This document shows positions 20,240-30,012 of a stretch of DNA of 64,000 nucleotides, piece after piece. Below the pieces are notes generated by a model. That model was not told the DNA's origin. It ran no database searches and saw only the letters and a list, made by a program, of their open reading frames with translations. A program made the translations under genes and the position numbers. Location: the NCBI GenBank assembly GCA_036379475.1, contig DASVGP010000206.1, positions 9,860 through 73,859 on the forward strand, given 5' to 3'. Each line of letters opens with the position of its first letter. Positions within the stretch are counted from its first letter, which is position 1. Source of the DNA: Bryobacteraceae bacterium (GTDB lineage: Bacteria; Acidobacteriota; Terriglobia; Bryobacterales; Bryobacteraceae).

Positions 20240-21247
20240 AGTCATAATCGGAGCGCGCCCAGAAGCCGGGGGCACGCGCCGCCTTCCGCTCTGCTTCCCT
20301 CTCTTAGCGTGGCCGGAATTTCGAATACCGATATTGCGGTTGCGCATCTGCGCGGCCAAAATTCGAAGAAACGCTCGCGTCAGTAATGGTGACGATTCTT
20401 CCGTCATTTGCCGCAATAACGCACGCGGGTGCGCGGCAGCGGAAGCCTCCCTTTGACCCTTTAACCTGATCCTGAACATACCGTTGGAATCCTTCACGAG
20501 GCGTTCATCAGGGCTATGTTGCGTCAAGGAGGCTTCCGTTGGTATGACTGGCACGATGGTAGAGGAACCGGTTTTGGGGAAATGCCCTCATCTGGATCGG
20601 ATGGCGGCTTGAAGTCTCTGAGGTGGAATATCTTCCAGTGGTGATCCGGTCCGGCCACCGCAAGCATAAGTGCTAAGCAGTCGCGCAGCCCCTGAAAATA
20701 GGTGACCTCGATCCGGTGGCCGCCGCCTACCAGCTTTACGGCCGCGACCCAAGAGATACCGCTTACGAATAGAGAAGGGAGCAGAGAGCAAGCACCCGTT
20801 CGAGGCCCTTGCGGTGGTATCCAGGCGTGGCGTGTGATTCCGGTACTCAGGATGGAAGCGCCACGTGATCGCCTCCGTTTTGTCCTGGTCTCCTTTACCA
20901 CTTTGGATCTGGGAATTCCCTCGTATTCAGCGGGTGAGACCAGGTAGGTGGCTTGGGCGTCTATCACGAATCCACAAGGGATACAGTTCCGGGTTACAGC
21001 TTTCGAATTGCCACGGCGGCGGGATGATGAAGGCGCGCGGAGCTCGCGCTGTTTTGCTTCGATATGAGCGGCCACATTGCAAGGGACGGATCTCGCGCAA
21101 CTCCAAGCCGCGCTCCTCGCACCAAGCGAAGAATTGATATGCCGCTTGCAGATAACCGCTGCGCGCTTGCTCGCCTACTGCCGCGATGAGACCGGGAGCG
21201 GGAACGCTGCGTCCGCCCGTAAAGGGCACGATTCGGTGGGTTGCATT

Positions 21248-21594
21248 TTATGCACTCATAAAGAAAAGCTCCGGCATCGGAAAATGGTTGCGGTTATCGC
21301 TGACGAGTGTGAGTCCTTCGGTCAAGCAGACCGCGGCCACTGTTGTATCCGTCAAGGTAAGCTTCTGGCCCGGCGTGCCCAGGAGATCGGCACATAGGCG
21401 AGCTGCCGCAGGAGCGGTTCAGTTTTCTGAGCTTCCACGGCGCGCAGGCCGACATAGACTTCGGCCACATTGATGGCACAATAGGAAAGCGTATGCTGCT
21501 CGTCGAGAATCATGCGCTCCATGAGATCTGCGGGGCCCCGCCGGTCGTTTGAGACGTCGATGAGGAAGGTGGTATCGAGCAAGAGCTTCGGCAT
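21248..21594 (-). pseudogene. vapC: PIN-domain VapC toxin, frameshifted
   Basis: MPKLLLDTTFLIDVSND...CAINVAEVYVGL in one frame. The C-terminal part GQKLTLTDTTVAAVCLTEGLTLVSDNRNHFPMPELFFMSA lies in another frame, with the shift near 21365-21380. A TAATG junction links it to an upstream antitoxin-like tail (EEHPELQNGSEAFVERLRAENETRL). Confidence 0.75.
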
Positions 21595-21740
21595 TACCCA
21601 TCCGTGCGCGATTTCAGGCGCGTTTCGTTTTCGGCGCGCAAGCGCTCGACGAACGCTTCCGAGCCGTTTTGTAATTCCGGATGCTCTTCCGTTTTTCCAG
21701 CATCCTCGGGCTTCCTGAAGTGCCGCGAGCAGCTTGCGGC

Positions 21741-22301
21741 GTTGGAGTTCCGTCCAACGAGGTCAATCAGGCCGGTGTCGCGCTGTTGGATTCGCTCGAT
21801 CTCCAAGGCGGCGAGATCCTCGCGGCGCACGCCGCAGCCCACGAGCAACGCCAAAAGCGCGCGATCGCGCTTCCCTTTTAAGGTTTCTCTGTCCGGAAGC
21901 TCCAAGAGCCGCTCGGCCTGGTGCAAGGCGAGCCAGTTCCCTGCCCGGCGAGCGGTTTTCGTCGCTCATGCCGCCAAGGGGAACTGCAATTGCTGCGACC
22001 GGTCGGGGTGCTGCTCGGCCCAGAGGACCGCCAATAAGTCGGGGATCCATCTTCGGAGCGCCAGAAGGCAGTGGAGGCGGGCGTGGCAGCAGGCGCAAAC
22101 GACAATCAGCAGTTCGGGTCGGTTGATACCTGGCTGGCGATGATGAACATGCAATGGGCGGGAGGCCCCATTTTGGTTGTGGATGTAGAGTATTGGCTGC
22201 TGGCGTCCGCAATCGATTTGGGAAATCGCAGTCTTCAACTGGCTGCTGGCCCGCTGTGAACAGCGATAGCAAGTGCTCCGGCAGCACCAGACCAAGCGCA
22301 T
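21741..22301 (-). pseudogene. Remnants of a tyrosine recombinase (internal deletion, C-terminus lost) and an HNH gene (N-terminus lost)
   Basis: Collinear with 36750-37420 but lacks roughly 36925-37255 and everything downstream of the QQRD motif. Confidence 0.7.
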
Positions 22302-22440
22302 ATTCCCGCCACCCTAAAGATAGCGATTCGTTTGGGAGAGGGGCTGATAAATCACTTTATCGAAGATCCACGTGTTTTGTGCATGAGTTCCCTATTTGGA
22401 GTTTTATTCTGGATCCGGGGTGATGTAGCGTAGTAGCTGA

Positions 22441-24957
22441 GTGCCGCGTGAAAGCGCACTGTATATAGAGCAGAGGAGTACGGGAGTGGACCGGTGGCAA
22501 GGAGTCGAGAGCTTCGGGCGGAATCTGAAGCAAACATTCCGAAGGCTCTGGAAGAGCCCTGGATTTACTGCAATTTCGGTGTTGATTTTGGCGCTTGGAA
22601 TTGGTTCCAGCGTAGCCGCGTTTCGTTTGCTCGATGCATTATTGTTCCGGCCGCTGCCGGTGGAGAAACCAGGGCAGTTAGTGCGTATTGATGCAATCGG
22701 ACGGATTGGAAAATTCGGAGGATTGCCTTCGACAATCGTGAATCCGCTAAAGGGCATTCCTGGATTTGCCGGTTTTTGCGGATACGGCGAGCATTCGTTC
22801 CCAGTGGAGATCAATAGAAATCTCCAGCAGCTGGGCGCATTCCTGGTCATGGGGGGGTGCTTCCATACGCTTGGCCTCCATGTGCAATTGGGCAGAGCGA
22901 TTGCTCCCGAAAACGATCATTGGGGGACCGAACCGGTTGCGGTGCTGACAGACTGGTTCTGGCACAGCGCCTACGATGGTCGCCCGGATGTTTTGGGAAA
23001 GCAGATCCGCATTAACAATCGCGCGTACACGATTATTGGCGTCGCTCAGAAGCAATTCTCTGGGCTGACTTTGGGTTTTCGAGCCGGTATTATCCTCCCG
23101 CTGCAACAAGAAGCGTCAGATCTTCCGGGCGGCCGCCGCCCTACGGTTTACCACCTAAATTTACTTGCCCGAAGATCCCCGAACGTTTCGGACCGGCAGC
23201 TTCAGATACGGGTCACCGCGAGTGAGCACCATCTGCTTGAAGCAAGCGTTCCCTCTTTCTACAGTCCTGAACAGCGGAAACAATACTTATCGAGTAAACT
23301 TGTCGTGACCTCGGCGCGGACGGGCATTGATTATTGGATCCGACATCGTTTTGGAAAACCGCTATACGCGACCTTCGGAATATGTGCCGCGATTTTGTTA
23401 ATCGGCTGGATGAATATAGTCAATCTCTTGCTGGCGCGGAACGTGTCGCGCCAGCAGGAGGTTGCGGTACGGCTTGCACTGGGAGCCACACGGCGAAGTC
23501 TGGCGGTTCTGCTGGGCCTGGAGGCTACGATTCTAACGCTGGCCGGAAGTGCCATCGGTGTTGCCATTGCGGTTTGGGTCGACCGACTTTTGCTGGCTGA
23601 ATTCGCTGCTCAGTTCAGGGTTCACTTATCTGCCGGGTTCGACCGAAGTGTTTTGTTCTTCCTTTTCATTGTGATTCTCGGGGCATTTCTTGCTTTTTGG
23701 GGGGCATGCGTTTGGCAGATTAATCGTCTATGCAAGGAGACCGTGCTAAACGAGAGCGGGCGCGGCGTTGTCCGAGGCAGCGCCCATGCACAGAAGATTT
23801 TGCTCGGTGGGCAGATTGCCGGCACGCTTGCCCTGGTAACGGTATGCAGTCTGTTTGCGGCCTCGCTCAAAAATCTGTACGATATCCACTTGGGGGTGCA
23901 TACACGCAATGTCTGGGAAGCCTCTCTATCGCCCAGGCCAGGCGGATATCGCGACATCCAACGAACCGCGTATTACACGGACCTTTTGAACCAGTTCCGC
24001 ACGGCCCCCGGAATCCTTTCCGCGAGCCTCTCTTCTTTCATCCCATACGAGTCGCCCGTATTCTGGGACTATGTAACCAATGTCGAGAATCCAATTCCCG
24101 GAAACAAGATTCCAGCGCGCGAAGTCTATGTGTCCGATGGCTTTCTTCGTACACTCGGCATGAAATTGATCGCCGGGCGGGATTTTCAACCCGGTCAGAG
24201 CCGCTCCGGCGAGCCTTCCGTAATCTTGAGCGAATCGTTGGCTCAACACCTCGGCGGCGTACAGGAAGTGTTGGGACACCACATAAGGCTGGGGGATAGA
24301 AAAGGGTACCAGAGGCTCCTCGTGGTTGGAGTGGCATCGAACGCACAACTAAGTCTCGCGGATCCAGACGATCACAAACCATTTCTCGTATATATAGATT
24401 TTTGGCAACATCCTCAAGTACAGGCTTACCCCACAATCACTTTGAAAACGGCGAGCTCCACTTTATCCGCAAACCTTGTGCGCCAGATTGTTCGCTCACG
24501 CGGCAGGGAATTCGTGGAAACATTCACCACTCTCAATTCAGAGAAAGACGGCGCCTTGACCGAGAACCTGCTACTCGCTTATCTTTCTAGCGGCCTTAGC
24601 GCGCTAGCATTATTCATGGCCGCGGCGGGATTGTTCGGCCTATTAAGCTATCAAGTGACCAGACGCACCAACGAGATTGGAGTTCGCATGGCTTTGGGAG
24701 CAGAACGCGCGCAGGTTCAATGGCTCATCTTACGGCAGGTTTTTGCTCTCGTTGTATTCGGATCTCTGGCAGGTATTGGGCTAAGTTTCGCCGTTGGCAG
24801 GACCATTGCAGGCCTTCTCTACGGGGTAGGCCCGAACAATCTATGGATTCTCAGCTTGTCAGTTGCAATTTTGATTGCAACCGCACTCTGTGCGGCATGG
24901 ATTCCAGCGAGGCGTGCCTCTTCTGTGAATCCCTTGGTTGCATTACGACACCAATGA
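22441..24957 (+). CDS. ADOP-type duplicated MacB/FtsX-like ABC permease
   Basis: 838 aa. N-terminus LKQTFRRLWKSPGFTAISVLILALGIGSSVAAF is typical of MacB-like permeases. Two FtsX-type 4-TM modules, each preceded by a large periplasmic domain. No adjacent ATPase gene. Confidence 0.85.
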   Translation: MPRESALYIEQRSTGVDRWQGVESFGRNLKQTFRRLWKSPGFTAISVLILALGIGSSVAAFRLLDALLFRPLPVEKPGQLVRIDAIGRIGKFGGLPSTIVNPLKGIPGFAGFCGYGEHSFPVEINRNLQQLGAFLVMGGCFHTLGLHVQLGRAIAPENDHWGTEPVAVLTDWFWHSAYDGRPDVLGKQIRINNRAYTIIGVAQKQFSGLTLGFRAGIILPLQQEASDLPGGRRPTVYHLNLLARRSPNVSDRQLQIRVTASEHHLLEASVPSFYSPEQRKQYLSSKLVVTSARTGIDYWIRHRFGKPLYATFGICAAILLIGWMNIVNLLLARNVSRQQEVAVRLALGATRRSLAVLLGLEATILTLAGSAIGVAIAVWVDRLLLAEFAAQFRVHLSAGFDRSVLFFLFIVILGAFLAFWGACVWQINRLCKETVLNESGRGVVRGSAHAQKILLGGQIAGTLALVTVCSLFAASLKNLYDIHLGVHTRNVWEASLSPRPGGYRDIQRTAYYTDLLNQFRTAPGILSASLSSFIPYESPVFWDYVTNVENPIPGNKIPAREVYVSDGFLRTLGMKLIAGRDFQPGQSRSGEPSVILSESLAQHLGGVQEVLGHHIRLGDRKGYQRLLVVGVASNAQLSLADPDDHKPFLVYIDFWQHPQVQAYPTITLKTASSTLSANLVRQIVRSRGREFVETFTTLNSEKDGALTENLLLAYLSSGLSALALFMAAAGLFGLLSYQVTRRTNEIGVRMALGAERAQVQWLILRQVFALVVFGSLAGIGLSFAVGRTIAGLLYGVGPNNLWILSLSVAILIATALCAAWIPARRASSVNPLVALRHQ

Positions 24958-25380
24958 CGCAGGTCCTCTCACTATGACCTCGGCTATTTACTCCAGTCAT
25001 GCCGCCGACTGACGTACCCTCGTGTAGCTGATCGAACCGATCCCAGCACTGCTTACCCGCCCTCAAGAACTGAATACTACTGCCCAACAGATGCGCTCCG
25101 TTGCGTGTGGCGTGTCGACCAAACCGGAGCACCACGCGAGATGCTTCAGCCAATCAACCCAGATTCACTCTGCGATGGCTACTACTTGGTTCCACTTCCT
25201 TTCGCCACATTGTGGTATAGTTTTTTGAGCTGTCATCTTATTGGAGAGAGATCCTGGCGCATTCAGAGGAAGCAACTCGGTGTCACTCCCGCCGCCTACG
25301 TAATCGTTTCTGGATCCGACGCGCCTTACGTCGTCTAGCCACACTTCTTCGCATACGGCCAGTCGCTCAGGAGTATTCCG

Positions 25381-27021
25381 TTGTCTGCTGTGCTGTTTGA
25401 TGGAGTTCCTCGTTCCTTAGAAACAGCGAAAGACGCTCACCCATCTTCTGTCCGCATTTTTGGCAACTCCATTTTCGTCAATCAGTTGCTCATAGCGTTT
25501 CTCACGTATGGAACCGCAGATCATTATTACTTTTTTATACGAGATCCTAGCTGTGATGTGGTGCGCACTAAGGAACAACTTGGGCTTCCTACACGAGCGG
25601 AGCTCCTGACGCCTATTACCGTGATGGACCTCCCAGCTACGGCTGCTACCACATTTGTCACACCTCGTGCGTTTCCACAAAACTTGTCGGTTCTTCGTAA
25701 ACTACTGAGCCCTAGCTCAGCCATCGTCTCGTTTATTCATGCGTTAAGCGATATCTTGGCATGTGATTTGTGTGTATACTTACTATCTTTGGGGGCTTTG
25801 CGGGGAGATGCAGTGGTTTGTTCTTCACATGCGGGCAAAATAGCATTACAGCGCTTATTGTTGGAAACGGCCATCTCCTTAGGAGTAGTGCCCCACCAAG
25901 CCGATGCAATCTTTTCTCGTTTTATGTTCCCGGTAATTCCATTAGGGTTACATTGTGACCGCTATCGGTGCGATCAGCTCGAAGCACGCTTGCAATTAGG
26001 CATCCGCAAGGACGACATTGTTATATTGTCATTCGGCAGACTGAGCCCGTTTGCAAAAGCAGATCCAGTGCCGTTGCTGTTAGCGTTTCGCGAATTACTG
26101 GCCATCACCGATCGCAGGCTGATGCTTCTGATAGCTGGAGATGACACACGACATCAAATGGCAGATAAACTGCGAGACTATGCTAGCAGTCTCGGCTGTC
26201 ACGAAAGTGTAGCGGTGTATCCTGATGTGTCGCTATCGACGAAACGTGCTCTATATGGAGCCGCAGATATTTTTGTTTCTTTAAGTGATCACATACAGGA
26301 AACATTTGGCATAGCTCTCATGGAAGCAATGGCATCTAGATTACCTGTCGTGGCTGCGGACTGGAGTGGCCATCGTGACATTGTTCAGCAGGGAATTACG
26401 GGGTACTTGATACCAACATATTGGGTTGACCTGGGAGACGAGTTGGAGCTACTTCGCGGCCCACTGGAAATGGAGGGTCGCAATAGTTATTTGTCGGCGG
26501 CAACGGTCGTTGACATGGAGACACTGATAGACCGCCTAAAGAGGCTAATAAATAATGCGGCTCTAAGACAAGAAATGGGGGCATCTGGTTATAGACGAGC
26601 TGTAGAAACATACGATTGGCGGCGCGTGGTGCCGCGTTACGAGGAACTCTTTAACGGGCTCAAAGAAGCCATCGCTTCAGATACTCCAAATAGACGGGGA
26701 CTGCACGGAGGACCGCATTCGTACAAAACACAGCAGATATTTTCCAGCTATCCTACTGGATGCCTGGACGACAATGCTCCGCTAGTATTAACGTCACTTG
26801 GCAGACGGTGGCTATGTGCACCATTTCCTCTAAACGTCATTTCTGAACACAGCGCCGACTTGCATATCTGCAGGTCTATTTTGTCCGTACTTCACACCGA
26901 TCCTGAAGGATCGAGCTCCGTTGAGACCCTTGGGCGTTATTTTAATCAAGTGTTTCCCAGGTTTGTTATACGTTCGACAGTCGGCCGGCTAATTAAATAT
27001 GGACTGCTGTCCAAGAAGTGA
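25381..27021 (+). CDS. Glycosyltransferase, GT-B fold (GT1/GT4), with ~110-aa C-terminal extension
   Basis: ETFGIALMEAMASRLPVVAADWSGHRDIVQQGITGYLIP signature. TTG start per the ORF track. The tail ends in a winged-helix-like ...VETLGRYF...VGRLIKYGLLSKK. Confidence 0.8.
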   Translation: MSAVLFDGVPRSLETAKDAHPSSVRIFGNSIFVNQLLIAFLTYGTADHYYFFIRDPSCDVVRTKEQLGLPTRAELLTPITVMDLPATAATTFVTPRAFPQNLSVLRKLLSPSSAIVSFIHALSDILACDLCVYLLSLGALRGDAVVCSSHAGKIALQRLLLETAISLGVVPHQADAIFSRFMFPVIPLGLHCDRYRCDQLEARLQLGIRKDDIVILSFGRLSPFAKADPVPLLLAFRELLAITDRRLMLLIAGDDTRHQMADKLRDYASSLGCHESVAVYPDVSLSTKRALYGAADIFVSLSDHIQETFGIALMEAMASRLPVVAADWSGHRDIVQQGITGYLIPTYWVDLGDELELLRGPLEMEGRNSYLSAATVVDMETLIDRLKRLINNAALRQEMGASGYRRAVETYDWRRVVPRYEELFNGLKEAIASDTPNRRGLHGGPHSYKTQQIFSSYPTGCLDDNAPLVLTSLGRRWLCAPFPLNVISEHSADLHICRSILSVLHTDPEGSSSVETLGRYFNQVFPRFVIRSTVGRLIKYGLLSKK

Positions 27022-27039
27022 GGGGATTGTATACAATGC

Positions 27040-27380
27040 AACTTGTCCTCGTCTGCACGATCGCGCCATATGGGATGATTCGGCAGATCTGATTGCGGGG
27101 AGCGCTTTCGCCGGACCACATTCAACATGCTGCTGGCAACGCCCCCGATCCTGGCGCCGGCCAAACTGGCCCAGTACATCAAAGGAAGTTCCTCGCGGCA
27201 TCTGCAAGTCGAGTTTCCGAGCTGCGCAATCAATACTGGGGATCAGCACATGTGGGCGCGAGGATACTTCTGCGCACCGGTGGCGCGGTGGACGAAGCGA
27301 CGATTAAGCCTATATAGCGAAAACCAGAGGGGGATGAAGACGATGACGCTTTCAAGCTCACCGCGCCGACCAAAGCCTTG
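27040..27380 (+). pseudogene. tnpA: IS200/IS605-family TnpA (Y1 transposase) remnant, truncated and frameshifted
   Basis: PAKLAQYIKGSSSRHLQVEFPS...GDQHMWARGYFC continues in another frame as GGAVDEATIKP. The N-terminal HUH region is absent. Confidence 0.7.
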
Positions 27381-28095
27381 AGCCGGCTCTCAGCCGGGGA
27401 AAACCTCGGGCGGCTTAAACCCGTTACGCGAGTTCAGTCGGCTGCGGGGCCGGCTACGGATGCTTCGTCAAGGCACCTGTGCGGCGGTTTTGGAGCGAAA
27501 GTGTGGTCTCGATCAAAAACAGGCACTTGAGGCGCCAAAGAGTGGGAAAGCTGCTGCAGGTGGGGAAGGAACGTTCGAGCCGAAAGCCACAATGCGATTT
27601 CCTCGACTCATCGGCGGGACCGATACGGGTGTATGGAAGCTAACGGCGGCGCACTTTCGTGGCGGGAGTGATTCCGGAGGGAAAACGCTCTGGCCTTGCC
27701 AAATCAGCCTCGGCGACAATCGAGAAACCCCGGCGAGCGAGTCACTCCGCTCCTCCGTTCCCCGCGCTTCCGAACGGCAGCGCATTTTCTCCGTTCTTTT
27801 TTGCTCACTAACGAGAAATCTCGGTTTATTTTCCGTCTTTAGTGTGATACAATCAGGCCGCGACAAGAGTCGCTATAGCTCACGAAGAAGCCTGCGGCCA
27901 CCGTTGCAGGGCCTTTCCTGAGCATATTGCTTCTTTCTATTTGAGGAGAGCTTGACGATGTTTCGTTGGCACCGAATTTACCTCAAAGCGTATTGGAAAT
28001 GCGCTGCACACACCAATTTATTGATTGGCTGTACAGCGCGCATCCGTGGCACCTTCTAATGTCAGTTAGCACTTTCGAAAGGAGAACAATCAACA

Positions 28096-28260
28096 ATGGC
28101 GGAAAAAGAAGAAAACGAACAAGAAAATAAAATCCTGGACTTCGAGTTCGAAGAATTGGAACAGCGTATCGCTCCCTCGATTCTATCATCGTGCAGTAAC
28201 TGCAGTGGCTGCAGCGGTTGTGCCAATGGTGGGTGCTCCGGGTGCGAGAGCTGCAGTTAA
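28096..28260 (+). CDS. Putative RiPP precursor peptide, 54 aa: acidic leader plus 22-residue core with 7 Cys
   Basis: Not in the ORF track because it is under 60 aa. ATG at 28096, GGAG at 28081-28084, stop at 28258-28260. Translation: MAEKEENEQENKILDFEFEELEQRIAPSILSSCSNCSGCSGCANGGCSGCESCS. Lies 68 nt upstream of the DUF692 gene on the same strand. Confidence 0.75.
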   Translation: MAEKEENEQENKILDFEFEELEQRIAPSILSSCSNCSGCSGCANGGCSGCESCS

Positions 28261-28271
28261 ACACACAGTTA

Positions 28272-28301
28272 CCCGGCCGCCGCTTTTAATGAGCGGCCGG
28301 G
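28272..28301 (+). terminator. Perfect 9-bp GC stem-loop between the precursor ORF and the MNIO gene (attenuator/stabiliser candidate)
   Basis: CCCGGCCGC (28272-28280), 12-nt loop, GCGGCCGGG (28293-28301). No clear U-tract follows. Confidence 0.45.
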
Positions 28302-28328
28302 CTACATTTCTAAGCGGATTATCCCGAT

Positions 28329-29165
28329 ATGTACAGCAATCTGCCGCAACTCGGCGTTGGGTTGGGCTACAGAATGCCTCTTCACAATGACCTACTAGCA
28401 AACAGGCATACTTTTGATTTCTTGGAACTGATTAACGACCAGTTTATTTTTTCTCCGCTCGACAAGCAAGAGCAAATATTGAGAGACCTGCGATCCATTC
28501 CCCTTGTTGCTCACGGGGTTGCCATGTCCGTGGGCACTGCCCAACCTCTCGACCAAGACTATTTGCAAGCAACAGTTGCCTTTGTGGATCATATACGCGC
28601 CCCCTGGTTTAGTGATCACCTCTGCTTCACTAAAACCGATCTCGCTGACCTAGGCCAGTTAACGCCTGTCTGGTTTACCGAAGAAACCCTTGCACAGGTC
28701 ATTAGCAATGTTATGGCGATCAAACGTGCATGTCCGGCCGTTCCCTTTTTACTCGAGAACATTACATATTACTTTCCACTACCAGGCTCGGAGATGACCG
28801 AGGCAGAGTTCATATCCCGCGTCCTCGTGGAGGCAGACTGTGGTCTATTGTTGGACGTCAATAACGTTTTCATCAATTCACAGAATTTAGGGTTCGATCC
28901 GTATGACTTCTTGACGGCGATACCACTGGAGCGGGTTGTTCAAGTCCATATCGCTGGCCACAAAGAAACACCAGGCCTAATTATCGATACTCATGACAGG
29001 CCAATGACAAAAGATGTTTGGGACATACTATCATTCGTAGTGGCTCGTGCCCCTGTTAAGGCAGTATCATTAGAATGGGATTCAAGTTATCCGGCCTTTT
29101 CCGTCATCGAGCACGAATTGGCTTGCGCACGATCGCTCTACTCGCATGCATCCCCATGTCTTTGA
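28329..29165 (+). CDS. DUF692 / MNIO (multinuclear non-heme iron oxidase, MbnB/TglH/BufB-like)
   Basis: 278 aa TIM-barrel-like. LGVGLGYR...FDFLELI...PLVAHGVAMSVGT...APWFSDHLCF...FLLENITYY...LLLDVNNVFINS...VVQVHIAGH matches the conserved DUF692 blocks as I remember them. Confidence 0.8.
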   Translation: MYSNLPQLGVGLGYRMPLHNDLLANRHTFDFLELINDQFIFSPLDKQEQILRDLRSIPLVAHGVAMSVGTAQPLDQDYLQATVAFVDHIRAPWFSDHLCFTKTDLADLGQLTPVWFTEETLAQVISNVMAIKRACPAVPFLLENITYYFPLPGSEMTEAEFISRVLVEADCGLLLDVNNVFINSQNLGFDPYDFLTAIPLERVVQVHIAGHKETPGLIIDTHDRPMTKDVWDILSFVVARAPVKAVSLEWDSSYPAFSVIEHELACARSLYSHASPCL

Positions 29166-30007
29166 TCGAAATGCAACGCGCCCTTAGCGTTATTTTGACG
29201 TCACCCGGCGTGCGACACGAATACCAGCGCGACCCCGACTTCGCCCTGCGACAATTTTCCCTCACTGAGCGCGAACGCACAACGTTGGCCGCCTTGGACA
29301 GCGGACGCCTACAGCGTTACTCTGCCATGCTTATCGCTGGTAGGCTTGAGTTGGCGTTGAAGGCCCTCCCCGTAACACGCCTGTTACTCCCAGCAGACTT
29401 TACAATGAAGTTTGGAGAGCTTTACAGCCGAGACTATCCACCCGTGATCCTCGCCGGATCGGCGATGTTGCATGAGGTCCATAGCATTCGACAATTCATT
29501 ACTGACCTCACACAAAGCCAGGTGTTAAACGATCCTTACCTTTGTAACGTCGTCCGCTTCGAAGCGTCGGTCTTTCACCTCACCAACGACATAGAGGCCT
29601 TTTCTGCGGCAACGCGCTGTCACCAGGAGCTAGTAACTCCAGTTACTGACACCACTCGCCCTTTACTAGAACGGCATGTCTTAATATGCACCTTTGACTC
29701 CGACATATTGGCGATACTGAATGCACTTCGGCATGGGCGGAGGCCAGAAGAACATCTGTTATCCTCTACCACCATTCTACTGCTACGGCGAAATGTAGAT
29801 ACGCCGGCAGTCTCCATAATTCGACTCAATGAGGCATCCCGTGAGCTACTACAGAAGTGTGACGGAGCGACGGATATACGCGAGCTAAGTCGTTTGTATT
29901 CTGATCGCATCGTTGATGTGCTCGATCGGTTTGTGCAGTCGCATATCATCGCGATGCTTGCGGCGGAAGAAGCTCTGCCGACGGCTGCCCTCTCAACAGG
30001 TATTTAA
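29156..30007 (+). CDS. MNIO partner protein (DUF2063/MbnC-like N-region) with PqqD-like RRE C-terminus
   Basis: ATG at 29156 overlaps the MNIO stop by 10 nt. N-terminus is MSLIEMQRAL.... C-terminus ILLLRRNVDTPAVSIIRLNEASRELLQKCDGATDIRELS...VLDRFVQSHII fits a PqqD-like pattern. Confidence 0.6.
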   Translation: MSLIEMQRALSVILTSPGVRHEYQRDPDFALRQFSLTERERTTLAALDSGRLQRYSAMLIAGRLELALKALPVTRLLLPADFTMKFGELYSRDYPPVILAGSAMLHEVHSIRQFITDLTQSQVLNDPYLCNVVRFEASVFHLTNDIEAFSAATRCHQELVTPVTDTTRPLLERHVLICTFDSDILAILNALRHGRRPEEHLLSSTTILLLRRNVDTPAVSIIRLNEASRELLQKCDGATDIRELSRLYSDRIVDVLDRFVQSHIIAMLAAEEALPTAALSTGI

Positions 30008-30012
30008 CAGCG

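Larger units (their letters stand above)
20250..22310 (-). mobile_element. Decayed copy of the HNH-integrase-unknown module found intact at 35.6-37.7 kb, with other gene fragments
   Basis: Remnants match the intact module at protein level. HNH tail: LHVHHRQPGINRPELLIVVCACCHARLH...WAEQHP...QLQFPLAA. Integrase core: AERLLELPDRETLKGKRDRALLALLVGCGVRREDLAALEIERIQQRD. Third-gene tail: ELYPLWIRD / LVSPAEYE. A second integrase-like N-terminal fragment (YQFFAWCEERGLELREIRP) is also present. Confidence 0.75.

Noticed and set aside
21597-21740. VapB-type antitoxin upstream of the vapC remnant
   Set aside because: Only a C-terminal tail (EEHPELQNGSEAFVERLRAENETRL) is in frame. The N-terminal-like segment (TELQRRKLLAALQEARGCWK) is in another frame, has no start codon, and abuts the integrase remnant. 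It is too fragmentary to call as a gene.
27967-28052. Two TGGCAC hexamers (27967 and 28047) upstream of the precursor as sigma-54 promoters
   Set aside because: Neither has the required GC (TTGC) element 10 nt downstream of the GG.
27958-28059. 33-codon ORF (MFRWHRIYLKAYWKCAAHTNLLIGCTARIRGTF) with GAGGAG upstream, as a possible second precursor
   Set aside because: It has no similarity to the 54-aa peptide, no leader/core organisation, and a basic aromatic composition. It lies in the degraded region next to the IS200 remnant. It cannot be excluded, but nothing beyond an SD-like sequence supports it.
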